From a virus (Duplodnaviria > Caudoviricetes): a stretch of DNA of 64,000 bases. The notes under the pieces are model-generated. The model was given only the letters and a program-made list of their open reading frames with translations. It made no database searches and was not told the origin of the DNA. The stretch's first letter is position 1, and every line of letters starts with the position of its first letter. Positions 8,379 through 16,358 of the stretch are shown one piece after another. A program made the position numbers and the translations under genes. The stretch lies in the IMG/VR virus record IMGVR_UViG_3300010366_000012, positions 1 through 64,000 of that record; one strand, given 5' to 3'.

Positions 8379-9074
8379 ATGAACCGATTCTTCAGGGCTG
8401 CGGTGCTTGCCGCTGCCTGCTGCCTGCCGCTGCTCGGGGTCACCGCGGCCAGCGCCGGGCCGCACGTGCCGACGAACGCCTGCAGCGCCGAGGACAGCGA
8501 CTGCCTCACTCCCGTGGATGCGGTGGCCCAGCCGTCCAGCGAGGACTTCAACCCGGCCGACGACGCGGGCATGACCGCGGACGTGTCAGCCTTCCCGTTC
8601 CTCAACAACGCCGTGGTCAGCATGAACCCGAACAACGACCTGCTCGACGGGTCGCAGGACTGGGTGCCCGAGTTCGCGGGCGAGGTGCCTTACCCGGGCA
8701 GCGAGACGACGATCTTCGGGCTCAACCAGCACGACTTCAGCCTGTACGGCGGGGATGAGATCTACCAGCTCCAGCTCGACAGCTTCGGCTTCGACACCGG
8801 CTACTGCCTGCAGATCACCACGGCGAACGTCGGCGTGCTGCGGTCGTGCAGCACCAGCAGGCGTCAGCTGTTCATCGCCCACTACGAGAGCCTGCCGGGC
8901 ATCAGCGCGCCGAGCTACGACTACGCCTTCGCCGCGCTGGTCGCACACGCGCCGACCAGCCTGGGGCACTGGTTCCTGCGTGGCCCGACCTCGGGCAACG
9001 GGCAGGTCACCGTCCACCGGCTCACCAACTTCGGGCCGGGCAACCCGTCCCCGTACATGTGGAGCGCCAACTAG
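8379..9074 (+). CDS. Secreted protein with ricin-B/beta-trefoil lectin-like motifs
   Basis: Signal peptide MNRFFRAAVLAAACCLPLLGVTAASA; 'YCLQITTANVGVLRSCSTSRRQLF' resembles the C-L...L..C...Q-(W/F) ricin-B repeat; own RBS and downstream hairpin. Confidence 0.65.
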   Translation: MNRFFRAAVLAAACCLPLLGVTAASAGPHVPTNACSAEDSDCLTPVDAVAQPSSEDFNPADDAGMTADVSAFPFLNNAVVSMNPNNDLLDGSQDWVPEFAGEVPYPGSETTIFGLNQHDFSLYGGDEIYQLQLDSFGFDTGYCLQITTANVGVLRSCSTSRRQLFIAHYESLPGISAPSYDYAFAALVAHAPTSLGHWFLRGPTSGNGQVTVHRLTNFGPGNPSPYMWSAN

Positions 9075-9084
9075 CCAGATCGCC

Positions 9085-9119
9085 CCGGAAGCCCCGGTCC
9101 CTGTGGCCGGGGCTTCCGG
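9085..9119 (+). terminator. Hairpin terminator-like structure
   Basis: 13-bp perfect stem CCGGAAGCCCCGG / CCGGGGCTTCCGG just after the stop codon. Confidence 0.6.
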
Positions 9120-9182
9120 CGCGCTACGCTGGCCCGGTAACCCCATGTCCCCGCGGGGTCCGCTCCGCGTGGGAGGGGTGCT

Positions 9183-10751
9183 GTGCCCCAGGACGCCGCC
9201 AAGCTGGTCGCGCTCCCTGACCTGAAGCCCAAGCAGCGTCGCCAGCTGCTCGGGCAGGAGCTGGGCACCCAGTTCGACATCGGCCAGCGGTTCTTCGCCT
9301 ACTACGGCCAGGGCGACGTATTCGATTATGGCGAATGGACCGCCCGCGACATGAAAGCCATGTTCAAGCGGGACGGCATCTGCTCAGCCGTGGAAATGGT
9401 GCTGACCCTGCCTATCCGCGAGGCGGATTACTCAATTCAGCCGGGCAAGGGCGATAAAGGCGAAACGGAGTTCGTCCGGTCGGTGCTGATGACCGCGGAC
9501 TCCGATGGCGGAATGCAGACGCCTATTTCCGACCTGGTGGGCCAGGTCACCAGCGCGCAAGTATTCCGCAAGGCGTTCTTCGAGAAGGTCTGGAAGATCC
9601 GCGACGAGGACGGCAAGATCGTCTACGACAAGATCGCCTACCGGCCGACCGCGACGTGCCAGGCGCGCTACAACGTCAAGACCGGGGCGCGCAACGGATT
9701 CCGCCAGCAGGTGTGGATGTTCGGCCACAACATCCCGATGCTCACCCATAAGCAGCAGGTGCCCGGCTACGTCGATATTCCCGACATCCGCAGTTATATC
9801 TACACGCACGGAAAAGCGCGCGAGCCGATGAGCGGCGTGTCCGAAATGGACATTAGCTACTGGTGCTATCAGACCAAGATGAAATTGATGTACCTGTGGT
9901 ACAACTTTCTGGAGAACACGGCGCTGCCCCGGGTCATTGTTTACGGCAATGACCAGCCAGAGGCAAATGTGCGCGCCGATGACGTGGCGGCACTGAAGTC
10001 CTCGGGCGTGGTGGGCCTGGTGCATCCCGCGGACGGGCAGAAGTCCTACGACGTGCTGGAGTCCTCGGCCGGGGCCGAGGGCGGCCAGGTGTTCCAGCAC
10101 GCGCTCGGCTGGCTGGAGAGCTGGCAGACGCACAGCGTGCTGGCCGGGTTCATGGCCCTGACCGGGAGCGCAACTGGCGGAAGGGGGAGCTACGCGCTCA
10201 GCCAGGACCAGTCATCGTTCTACCTGAAGAGCCGCCAGGCCGTGGCCAAGGAGATCGGGGAGTCGATCACGCACGACGTGATCCGGCCGCTGGTGCTGCT
10301 CAACTTCGGCACGAAGGCTGCCTACCCGAGCTGGCGGTTCGGCCCGCTGCAGGACGAGCAGATCCAGGCCCTGCTGACGATGTTCCAGACCCTGGCTGCC
10401 GCTCCGGCGCTGCACATCCCGCTGCAGGTGCTCGATCTGATCACCGAGCGGATGGCCTCGATCCTGCAGCTCGACATTGACGAGGTTCACCAGGCCCTGT
10501 CCTCGACCGCGAACCAGCGGGCCGAGCAGCTCGCGGCCAGCGCGCCGCCCGGGGTGCCGGGCCAGGCTGCCGGGCAGATCGGCGCGCTGAACGGGATGGC
10601 CAACGCCGCGGTCGGGATTGCCCAGCGGGCGCAGGCCGCACGGGGAGGGCCGCCGAACCGCCCTGCGGCAGCCCTCCCCACACCCGGTTCCGGCCCGCCG
10701 CGGCCACCAGGAAATCCCCCGCAGACACCGCCTCCGGGGAGGATGGCATGA
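9183..10751 (+). CDS. Portal protein (DUF935/Mu gp29-like)
   Basis: Follows terL; 522 aa; motifs 'MFKRDGICSAVEMVLTLPI', 'GSYALSQDQSSFY', 'VIRPLVLLNFG'. Confidence 0.9.
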   Translation: MPQDAAKLVALPDLKPKQRRQLLGQELGTQFDIGQRFFAYYGQGDVFDYGEWTARDMKAMFKRDGICSAVEMVLTLPIREADYSIQPGKGDKGETEFVRSVLMTADSDGGMQTPISDLVGQVTSAQVFRKAFFEKVWKIRDEDGKIVYDKIAYRPTATCQARYNVKTGARNGFRQQVWMFGHNIPMLTHKQQVPGYVDIPDIRSYIYTHGKAREPMSGVSEMDISYWCYQTKMKLMYLWYNFLENTALPRVIVYGNDQPEANVRADDVAALKSSGVVGLVHPADGQKSYDVLESSAGAEGGQVFQHALGWLESWQTHSVLAGFMALTGSATGGRGSYALSQDQSSFYLKSRQAVAKEIGESITHDVIRPLVLLNFGTKAAYPSWRFGPLQDEQIQALLTMFQTLAAAPALHIPLQVLDLITERMASILQLDIDEVHQALSSTANQRAEQLAASAPPGVPGQAAGQIGALNGMANAAVGIAQRAQAARGGPPNRPAAALPTPGSGPPRPPGNPPQTPPPGRMA

Positions 10752-11035
10752 ACGCCAGCACCGGGATCGAGACGAAAGTTGCTGCGCAGGGCTCGGTTGC
10801 GCTCGCGGTCGGCTATCTCGCGCAGATCGTCCTGACGATCATCAGCCAGCACACGTCCATCGTGATAGACGACACCCTGGCCAACGAGATCACCGTGTTC
10901 TGCACGGTGGTGGCCGGGTGGGTGGCCGGGTACTACGCCCCGCACACCCACCGGCTGGACGTCCCGGTGGTCCCCGCCGCGCCTACTCGCAAGGTGCAGT
11001 CGGTGCCGCTGCCGCCAGATGTCCCGCACGCATGA
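10748..11035 (+). CDS. Holin-like membrane protein
   Basis: Two hydrophobic segments; 'ETKVAA...AGWVAGYYAPHT' matches a common actinophage holin pattern. Confidence 0.6.
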   Translation: MNASTGIETKVAAQGSVALAVGYLAQIVLTIISQHTSIVIDDTLANEITVFCTVVAGWVAGYYAPHTHRLDVPVVPAAPTRKVQSVPLPPDVPHA

Positions 11036-11745
11036 CCCAGCCCACTCCACCGCAGCAGCCCAGCCAGGCACAAACCGATGCGTCCCTGGCGATTGCGGCT
11101 GCCGCAGTGCTGGCCACGGCGATCACGGTGCCCATCGCGGTCACGGCGCTCGCGGGGCTGTTCACCGCGCACAAGATCCACCAGGCCGCACTGCGCGCGG
11201 CGCTGTCGGTGGTGATGGGGCATCCCCCGGACCGGGCTGGCTTTCACGGCCCGGCCACCGCGCAGGCCGCCCGGCTCAACCTGATCCGCCGCGCCCAGTT
11301 CCTGGTGAACAGCTCGCGGCGGTTCAATGAAGTCCTGGCCCGGATCGCCGCGGGTGCGGCCGACCCCCGGGAGCTGCTTGACCTGATGGAGCGCGAGCGG
11401 CGCTACTACGGCCAGCACCTCGAAGCCGGGTGGAACCGGATGAACGCCGCGGCGCAGGCCGACAGCGCTGCCTTGGACTATGGCGCGCTGCTCGGCTGGT
11501 ACACCGTCCACGATGCGAGAACCTCGCCCGAATGCCGGGCAGCCGACAAGCACAACTTCCGGGTGGACGCGATGCCCTCGATCGGCTTCCCGGGCGGGGT
11601 CCACACGCACTGCAGGTGCATGCCAGGTCCGCCGTTCCCTGGCGCGTCGGTGCTCGGTCCTGCTACGGTCATGGGCCGTGGCAAACGGCCGGTATCTGTT
11701 CATCGACCTCAGCACCAGCCCGCCTTCGCTGGTAAGCGCCGATGA
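11032..11745 (+). CDS. MuF/SPP1 gp7-like head morphogenesis protein
   Basis: WYTVHDARTSPEC...PGGVHTHCRC motif; lies after the portal. Confidence 0.88.
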   Translation: MTQPTPPQQPSQAQTDASLAIAAAAVLATAITVPIAVTALAGLFTAHKIHQAALRAALSVVMGHPPDRAGFHGPATAQAARLNLIRRAQFLVNSSRRFNEVLARIAAGAADPRELLDLMERERRYYGQHLEAGWNRMNAAAQADSAALDYGALLGWYTVHDARTSPECRAADKHNFRVDAMPSIGFPGGVHTHCRCMPGPPFPGASVLGPATVMGRGKRPVSVHRPQHQPAFAGKRR

Positions 11746-11797
11746 CATCGTTCCCGCCGCGATCCTTGCGAAGCTGGAAGAGATCAAGGAGCTGATC

Positions 11798-12175
11798 ATG
11801 ACTGACGCTGCTGCTGAGCAGGCACAGATCAACACGCTGGCCGACGCGATCAACGTGGTGGCTGCGCACCAGCAGGCTGCGCAAACGCAGATCCAGGCGT
11901 ACATCGCTGCGCACCCGGATGCCCCGCCTGCCGACCTGACCCCGCTGGTCAGCGCGGTCGCCTCGCTGCAGAACGCCGACACCGGCCTGGCTGCAGTGCT
12001 GCCCGCAATGCCAGATGCCCCTGCTCCCGCAGACCCGATCCCGGCTCCCCCGGACGACCCGTCTGTCCCGGTCGTGGATGCCCCGGTGGACACTGCGCCC
12101 ACCGACAGCGGCGCTGCCACTGACGGGACCACCGTGGACACTGGCCCGCCGCCAGATCAGCCAGCTTCTTTCTGA
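11798..12175 (+). CDS. Hypothetical coiled-coil protein with a Pro/Asp-rich tail
   Basis: AAGGAG RBS before ATG 11798 (an upstream GTG at ~11678 is possible); helical N-terminal half. Confidence 0.7.
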   Translation: MTDAAAEQAQINTLADAINVVAAHQQAAQTQIQAYIAAHPDAPPADLTPLVSAVASLQNADTGLAAVLPAMPDAPAPADPIPAPPDDPSVPVVDAPVDTAPTDSGAATDGTTVDTGPPPDQPASF

Positions 12176-12260
12176 CTCGCCTCTTGCGGGGCATACTGAA
12201 CGTGTTCCGCTCGACTTAGCTGGCTGTCCCCGCCCAGCGCCTCTGCGAGAGGCGGGGATC

Positions 12261-15200
12261 ATGGCACGCCCGGTCGCGCTCACACCGCTGCGGGCTGCTG
12301 CCGCGCGGCGGATGCGGCGCACCGCCCAGGCGCTGGACGAAGATCACCCTGAGACGATCGCCGGGGATCACCTGCGGGATGCCGCCCGGGTGCTGGAGCG
12401 CGGGTCCGCTGATGGAGCGAAGCGGCACCTCGATGCCGCGATGCAGCTGCTGACGCCGCAGTCCCTGCTGCGGCACGGCATCCGCGATGACGAGGGCCAC
12501 GCGACTGCCAAGCACCACATGCACGAGGTTCACCGGCATCACCTCGCGGTGCAGGACATCGAGGACACGGCGGGCAGCAACGACCGGCTGGCCGCGATGG
12601 CCCGTGCCGCCCGTGGCCAGCCCGAGCCGATGGAGCCGTTCCACCGGCAGCCGCCCGAGCTGCTCCCGGCCATCGCCGCCACTGGTGATCATGGGAATCG
12701 CGTGATCGACCTGAAGGCCACGGCCTGGGAGCGCGAAATGCGCGACCGGTATGGCAAATGGGCCGCCTCCCCCGACTTCGCGCCGATCACCTCGATGTTC
12801 GCTCCGGGCGGGCCGCACGGCTTCCGCGGCCACTCGATCGGATCGCAGCCGGAGAAGGGCTCGGTGTTCGGCCGTCACCTGAGCATGCACGAGGCTCTCG
12901 GCGCGGCCGAAGCGCTCGGCCCGGGACACCCGAAGCAGGTGGCCAGCGCGCAGATGGCCGAGCGGGCGGGCCTCCCGAAGTTCCAGCGCAAGGTGTATGA
13001 CCTGCTGCGCAAGCGCGGCCGGGGGCACTACGGCGCGCTAGTCCTGGCGCGGGCGACTACGCCCGATGTGTTCCGGGCGGGCACGTTCGCCAACAGCAGC
13101 CCGGCTGTGCAGCTGGCGTTCTGGGAGCACGAGCGGCGCAACGCGCTCGGGGAGTGGACGACCGGCGCGGACCCGCACCAGGCACCGTTCGGCTCGAACC
13201 TGCGGCCGGGCAGCCTCAACCACCTGCGCGCGATCGAGGATCTGTCCCGGCTGACCGGGTGGAACGCCACTGATGGCCGCCCGTCCTCAGACACCTTGCG
13301 CAACTCGCTGCACCACCTGGCGCACGCGCTGGCGCTGCGCGACATGAAGTCCGCCCGGGTGCATATGGCATCGGCCCGGTGGGCCGACGAGCACGAGGCG
13401 GGCGGCGCGTACACGCCTGAGCTGGACGCGATCGAGCGCTCTCTCGGCCTGGTGAACGTCCACCGGTCGGCCAGGTGGATGCGCCGCAGCGGCGGCCACG
13501 GGCCACATGCCTACGGGCGCACCGGCACGCCGCTGGAGCCGACGCGGGGCGCGATGCACGTGCCGGTCACCGAAATGATGTCCAACGCCACCGAGCTAGC
13601 CGCCCCGTTCCGCTACCGGCACGGCTGGATCAAGCTGGAGGATGCGAGCCCGCTGGACGGGCGGGTGGTCATCGCCAAGGCGGCGGGCGGCGGGCGGGTC
13701 GCGGGCGTCTATGACCACGCGACCCGGACCGTGCAGCCCCGGCACACCAAGCGGCTCCCGGTCACCGCCGTGCGGAAGGCGGGCGAAGTGATGTCTGCAG
13801 CCAAGACGCCGCGCGGCCTGGCGAAGTACCGGGCCGCGTATGGCGCATATGGCCTGGCTACCGAGCTGTCGGCACGGACAGGAGCACTTGGAACGTACAC
13901 TAAGACGTGGGTAAATGGGACTACGGCAACCGTCACGCGAGGGCTAGGCGGCACCTCGGCTCGCCGCGCAGCCATCCTTGCGCAGATTGTGGCGGCCAGG
14001 CGATCCACTGGGCTACGATCCACGGCCGGGATGGGGAGAGCCCTGAGGACTATCGGCCGCTCTGCAACCCCTGCCACATCGCCTACGACGGCGGTCACGC
14101 TGGCGAGCGCAACGGCCGGGCCAGGCTCACTTGGAACGAGGTTGCTGAGATCAGAAGGCGGTACGCGGCAGGAGAGGGTGGCTACAGCACCTTTGCCCGC
14201 GAGTACGGGATCGCCCGGTCAGCCATTGCGGACATCATCAAGCACCGTCATTGGGTTGTCCGCTAGAACTCCCTTCTTGGAGCGCACGCCCGCGCCGCGG
14301 GGCCGCCCTGGCGGGCCGGGCCTGTATCACGTCCAGGGCATGGGCCACACCGCCTACCTGCAACAGGTGGTCAAGGCGCTGATCGAGAAGCGCGGCATGC
14401 GGCCGGACAAGGCGTATGCGATTGCCCGCGCGGCGATCCGCAAGTGGGCGGCCCGGTCGAGGCATCCCGAGGTGCGCGGCGCGGCGACCCGGGCCGAGGC
14501 CGGGGAGATCGCCCGGCAGGCCCGCGCCAAGGCGCACACCGCGGCTGCCTGGGAAGTGGCGGACGTCCTGATCGAGCTGGCGTGCGAGCCGATCGAGCTT
14601 TTCAACCCCTACCATGCGCCACCCGGCGCTGGCGGCGGGCAGTTCACCACGCAGCAGGGCGCGGGCCAGGGGCAGGCCAAGGGCAGCAAGGCCCAGCGCC
14701 GGGCCAAGCTGGTCAAGCAGATCGCCAGCCTGCGGCGGCAGATCGCGGCGCTCCGGGCGCAGCTCCCGTCCACCTCGCCGCGCAAGCCTGGCAAGCCTGG
14801 CAAGTCCAAGGGCAGCACCCCGGCCAAGAAAGGCGCGGGCGCGCAGTCTGCCAAGCAGGCCAGGCAGGGCAAGCAGTCGGCTAAGACCGCGGCGCGCAAG
14901 ACCGCCTCGGTGGCCACGATCCATGCCAAGATCGCCGCGCTGCGGGCCGAGCTGCAGGCCGACATCGCCGCGCTGCGGAAGCTGGCCAACGACCAGCCCG
15001 CGATCGAGCTGATCGGGGACGGCCACGGGCACCACATCCCCGGCACGCCGGACGTCTACAGCCACGGCTGGCGGCCACTGGCCGGGACCACGATCGGGCC
15101 TAAGGGCATCCGCATTCCGGGCAGTGGCGGTGGTCCCCCAAAAGTCGCTAGCGCGGGACGGGTGCGCGCCGCGGTCAAGGCCGCCCGCATCACCAGGCCC

Positions 15201-15995
15201 GCGGTCACCCCGGCTGCCACCGCACCGGCCGCGCCCAAGCCCTCTGCGGGCGGGACCGCTGGCCTGGCTGCCGCGATGTCCTCTGGCGTGAAGAGCCGCA
15301 AGGAGCCCGGGAAGGCGTCGGTCAGCGGGTCGCAGGGCCTGCAGGGCGGCACCGAGATCGTCACGTTCAACAACGGCGCTCAGTTCGTCCACAAGGACTA
15401 CAAGTACCTGCCGCTTCCCCCGGGCCTCCAGCAACTGCAGGCGCAGAAGGAGGTGCTGGCTGCCAAGATCTCCAAGGCCCTCGGCGCGGGAGCGCCGGAC
15501 ATCATCCCCGATCCGGGCGGCAGCCCGACCAGTTTCTACATGGCGAAGATCGAGGGAGTCTCCGGCATGGAGAAGTTCAATGGCCCGGCCAGTGGCCTCC
15601 AGGGTTCCGACGCGGCGGCAGCGGAGAAGTTCTTCAACTCCCCCGAGGGCAAGAAGATCGGGCTGCTGGACATGATCATCGGGCATGCCGACCGGCACCT
15701 GGGCAACGTCATGGTCACCCCGGACGGCAAGCCAGTCCCGATCGACCACAATGACACCTGGGGCGCGGTGGACCTGAACGGCAACATGGTCACCACCAGC
15801 CCGTTTGCCGCCGAGCTAGAGAAGCAGATGAAGGCGGGCAACAGCCCGTTCAGCGTGGATGACATCGACCGGATCACCGCGCAGGTCAAGGCGCTCCAGC
15901 CCGAGTTCGGCAAGCTGAACTTCGACGCCGGGTCCAGCTACTACAGCATGACGATGAGTGAGCTGGCCCGGATCAGGAAGCTGGTGGCGAAGTGA
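12261..15995 (+). CDS. Large modular head-region polyprotein (1244 aa) with C-terminal HipA/PI3-4-kinase-like domain
   Basis: Repeated (I/V)(E/D/Q)L(A/S) module headers; 'YLQQVVKALIEKRGMRPDKAYAIARAAIRKWA' module; kinase at ~15340-15995 with FVHK, EVLAAKIS, LLDMIIGHADRHLGNVMV, IDH. Confidence 0.8.
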   Translation: MARPVALTPLRAAAARRMRRTAQALDEDHPETIAGDHLRDAARVLERGSADGAKRHLDAAMQLLTPQSLLRHGIRDDEGHATAKHHMHEVHRHHLAVQDIEDTAGSNDRLAAMARAARGQPEPMEPFHRQPPELLPAIAATGDHGNRVIDLKATAWEREMRDRYGKWAASPDFAPITSMFAPGGPHGFRGHSIGSQPEKGSVFGRHLSMHEALGAAEALGPGHPKQVASAQMAERAGLPKFQRKVYDLLRKRGRGHYGALVLARATTPDVFRAGTFANSSPAVQLAFWEHERRNALGEWTTGADPHQAPFGSNLRPGSLNHLRAIEDLSRLTGWNATDGRPSSDTLRNSLHHLAHALALRDMKSARVHMASARWADEHEAGGAYTPELDAIERSLGLVNVHRSARWMRRSGGHGPHAYGRTGTPLEPTRGAMHVPVTEMMSNATELAAPFRYRHGWIKLEDASPLDGRVVIAKAAGGGRVAGVYDHATRTVQPRHTKRLPVTAVRKAGEVMSAAKTPRGLAKYRAAYGAYGLATELSARTGALGTYTKTWVNGTTATVTRGLGGTSARRAAILAQIVAARRSTGLRSTAGMGRALRTIGRSATPATSPTTAVTLASATAGPGSLGTRLLRSEGGTRQERVATAPLPASTGSPGQPLRTSSSTVIGLSARTPFLERTPAPRGRPGGPGLYHVQGMGHTAYLQQVVKALIEKRGMRPDKAYAIARAAIRKWAARSRHPEVRGAATRAEAGEIARQARAKAHTAAAWEVADVLIELACEPIELFNPYHAPPGAGGGQFTTQQGAGQGQAKGSKAQRRAKLVKQIASLRRQIAALRAQLPSTSPRKPGKPGKSKGSTPAKKGAGAQSAKQARQGKQSAKTAARKTASVATIHAKIAALRAELQADIAALRKLANDQPAIELIGDGHGHHIPGTPDVYSHGWRPLAGTTIGPKGIRIPGSGGGPPKVASAGRVRAAVKAARITRPAVTPAATAPAAPKPSAGGTAGLAAAMSSGVKSRKEPGKASVSGSQGLQGGTEIVTFNNGAQFVHKDYKYLPLPPGLQQLQAQKEVLAAKISKALGAGAPDIIPDPGGSPTSFYMAKIEGVSGMEKFNGPASGLQGSDAAAAEKFFNSPEGKKIGLLDMIIGHADRHLGNVMVTPDGKPVPIDHNDTWGAVDLNGNMVTTSPFAAELEKQMKAGNSPFSVDDIDRITAQVKALQPEFGKLNFDAGSSYYSMTMSELARIRKLVAK
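13907..14266 (+). CDS. HNH-type homing-endonuclease-like gene nested out of frame inside 12261..15995
   Basis: CADCGGQAIHW...YRPLCNPCHIAYD zinc/HNH-like motif plus C-terminal GERNGRARLTWNEVAEIRRRY...AREYGIARSAIADII HTH typical of phage HNH endonucleases; codon use differs from flanks. Confidence 0.85.
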   Translation: MGKWDYGNRHARARRHLGSPRSHPCADCGGQAIHWATIHGRDGESPEDYRPLCNPCHIAYDGGHAGERNGRARLTWNEVAEIRRRYAAGEGGYSTFAREYGIARSAIADIIKHRHWVVR

Positions 15996-16189
15996 TCGAG
16001 ATCCACAGCGAGCGCGGAAAGATCGGGGAGGTTGACCTGAAGGGCGGCAAGCTGACCGGATCGACTCAGGGTATCCAGCACGTCTGCGATCACATGGTTG
16101 CCAAGCACGGCGGGCACGCCGAGGCGTTCAAGGCGATGGCCAGCCTCAACAACGGATACGTGTGGGCCAGTGGCGCTGCAGCTCAGTGA
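15992..16189 (+). CDS. Small protein ending in NGYVxAS (paralog 1; candidate immunity protein)
   Basis: Coupled to the kinase ORF stop (GTGA); aligns with the next ORF. Confidence 0.75.
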   Translation: MIEIHSERGKIGEVDLKGGKLTGSTQGIQHVCDHMVAKHGGHAEAFKAMASLNNGYVWASGAAAQ

Positions 16190-16347
16190 CAAGGAGGGCG
16201 TGCTCGGCCACGTCTGGCTGCAGGATGGCCAGCTGACCGGGGACAACCCGTCTGCGCAGCAGCTGGCGGACAAGTATCAGGCCAGGTACGGCGCTGACGC
16301 TTACGCCGAGCTGGCGAAGCTGGACAACGGATACGTGCGGGCCAGTG
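16150..16347 (+). repeat. 23-bp direct repeat CAACGGATACGTG(T/C)GGGCCAGTG
   Basis: Copies at 16150-16172 and 16325-16347 with one mismatch; each ends in the GTG start of the following gene. Confidence 0.9.
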
Positions 16348-16358
16348 AATATCAGTGA
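16170..16358 (+). CDS. Small protein ending in NGYVxAS (paralog 2; candidate immunity protein)
   Basis: GTG start at 16170: MALQLSDKEGVLGHVWLQDGQLTG...LAKLDNGYVRASEYQ, similar to paralog 1. Confidence 0.7.
   Translation: MALQLSDKEGVLGHVWLQDGQLTGDNPSAQQLADKYQARYGADAYAELAKLDNGYVRASEYQ

Noticed and set aside
13863-14270. Group I intron or intein explanation for the nested HNH
   Set aside because: Only ~30 nt of the 390-nt insert lie outside the HNH ORF, too little for a ribozyme core. The host frame lacks the C/S start and HN end of an intein, and the HNH is in a different frame.
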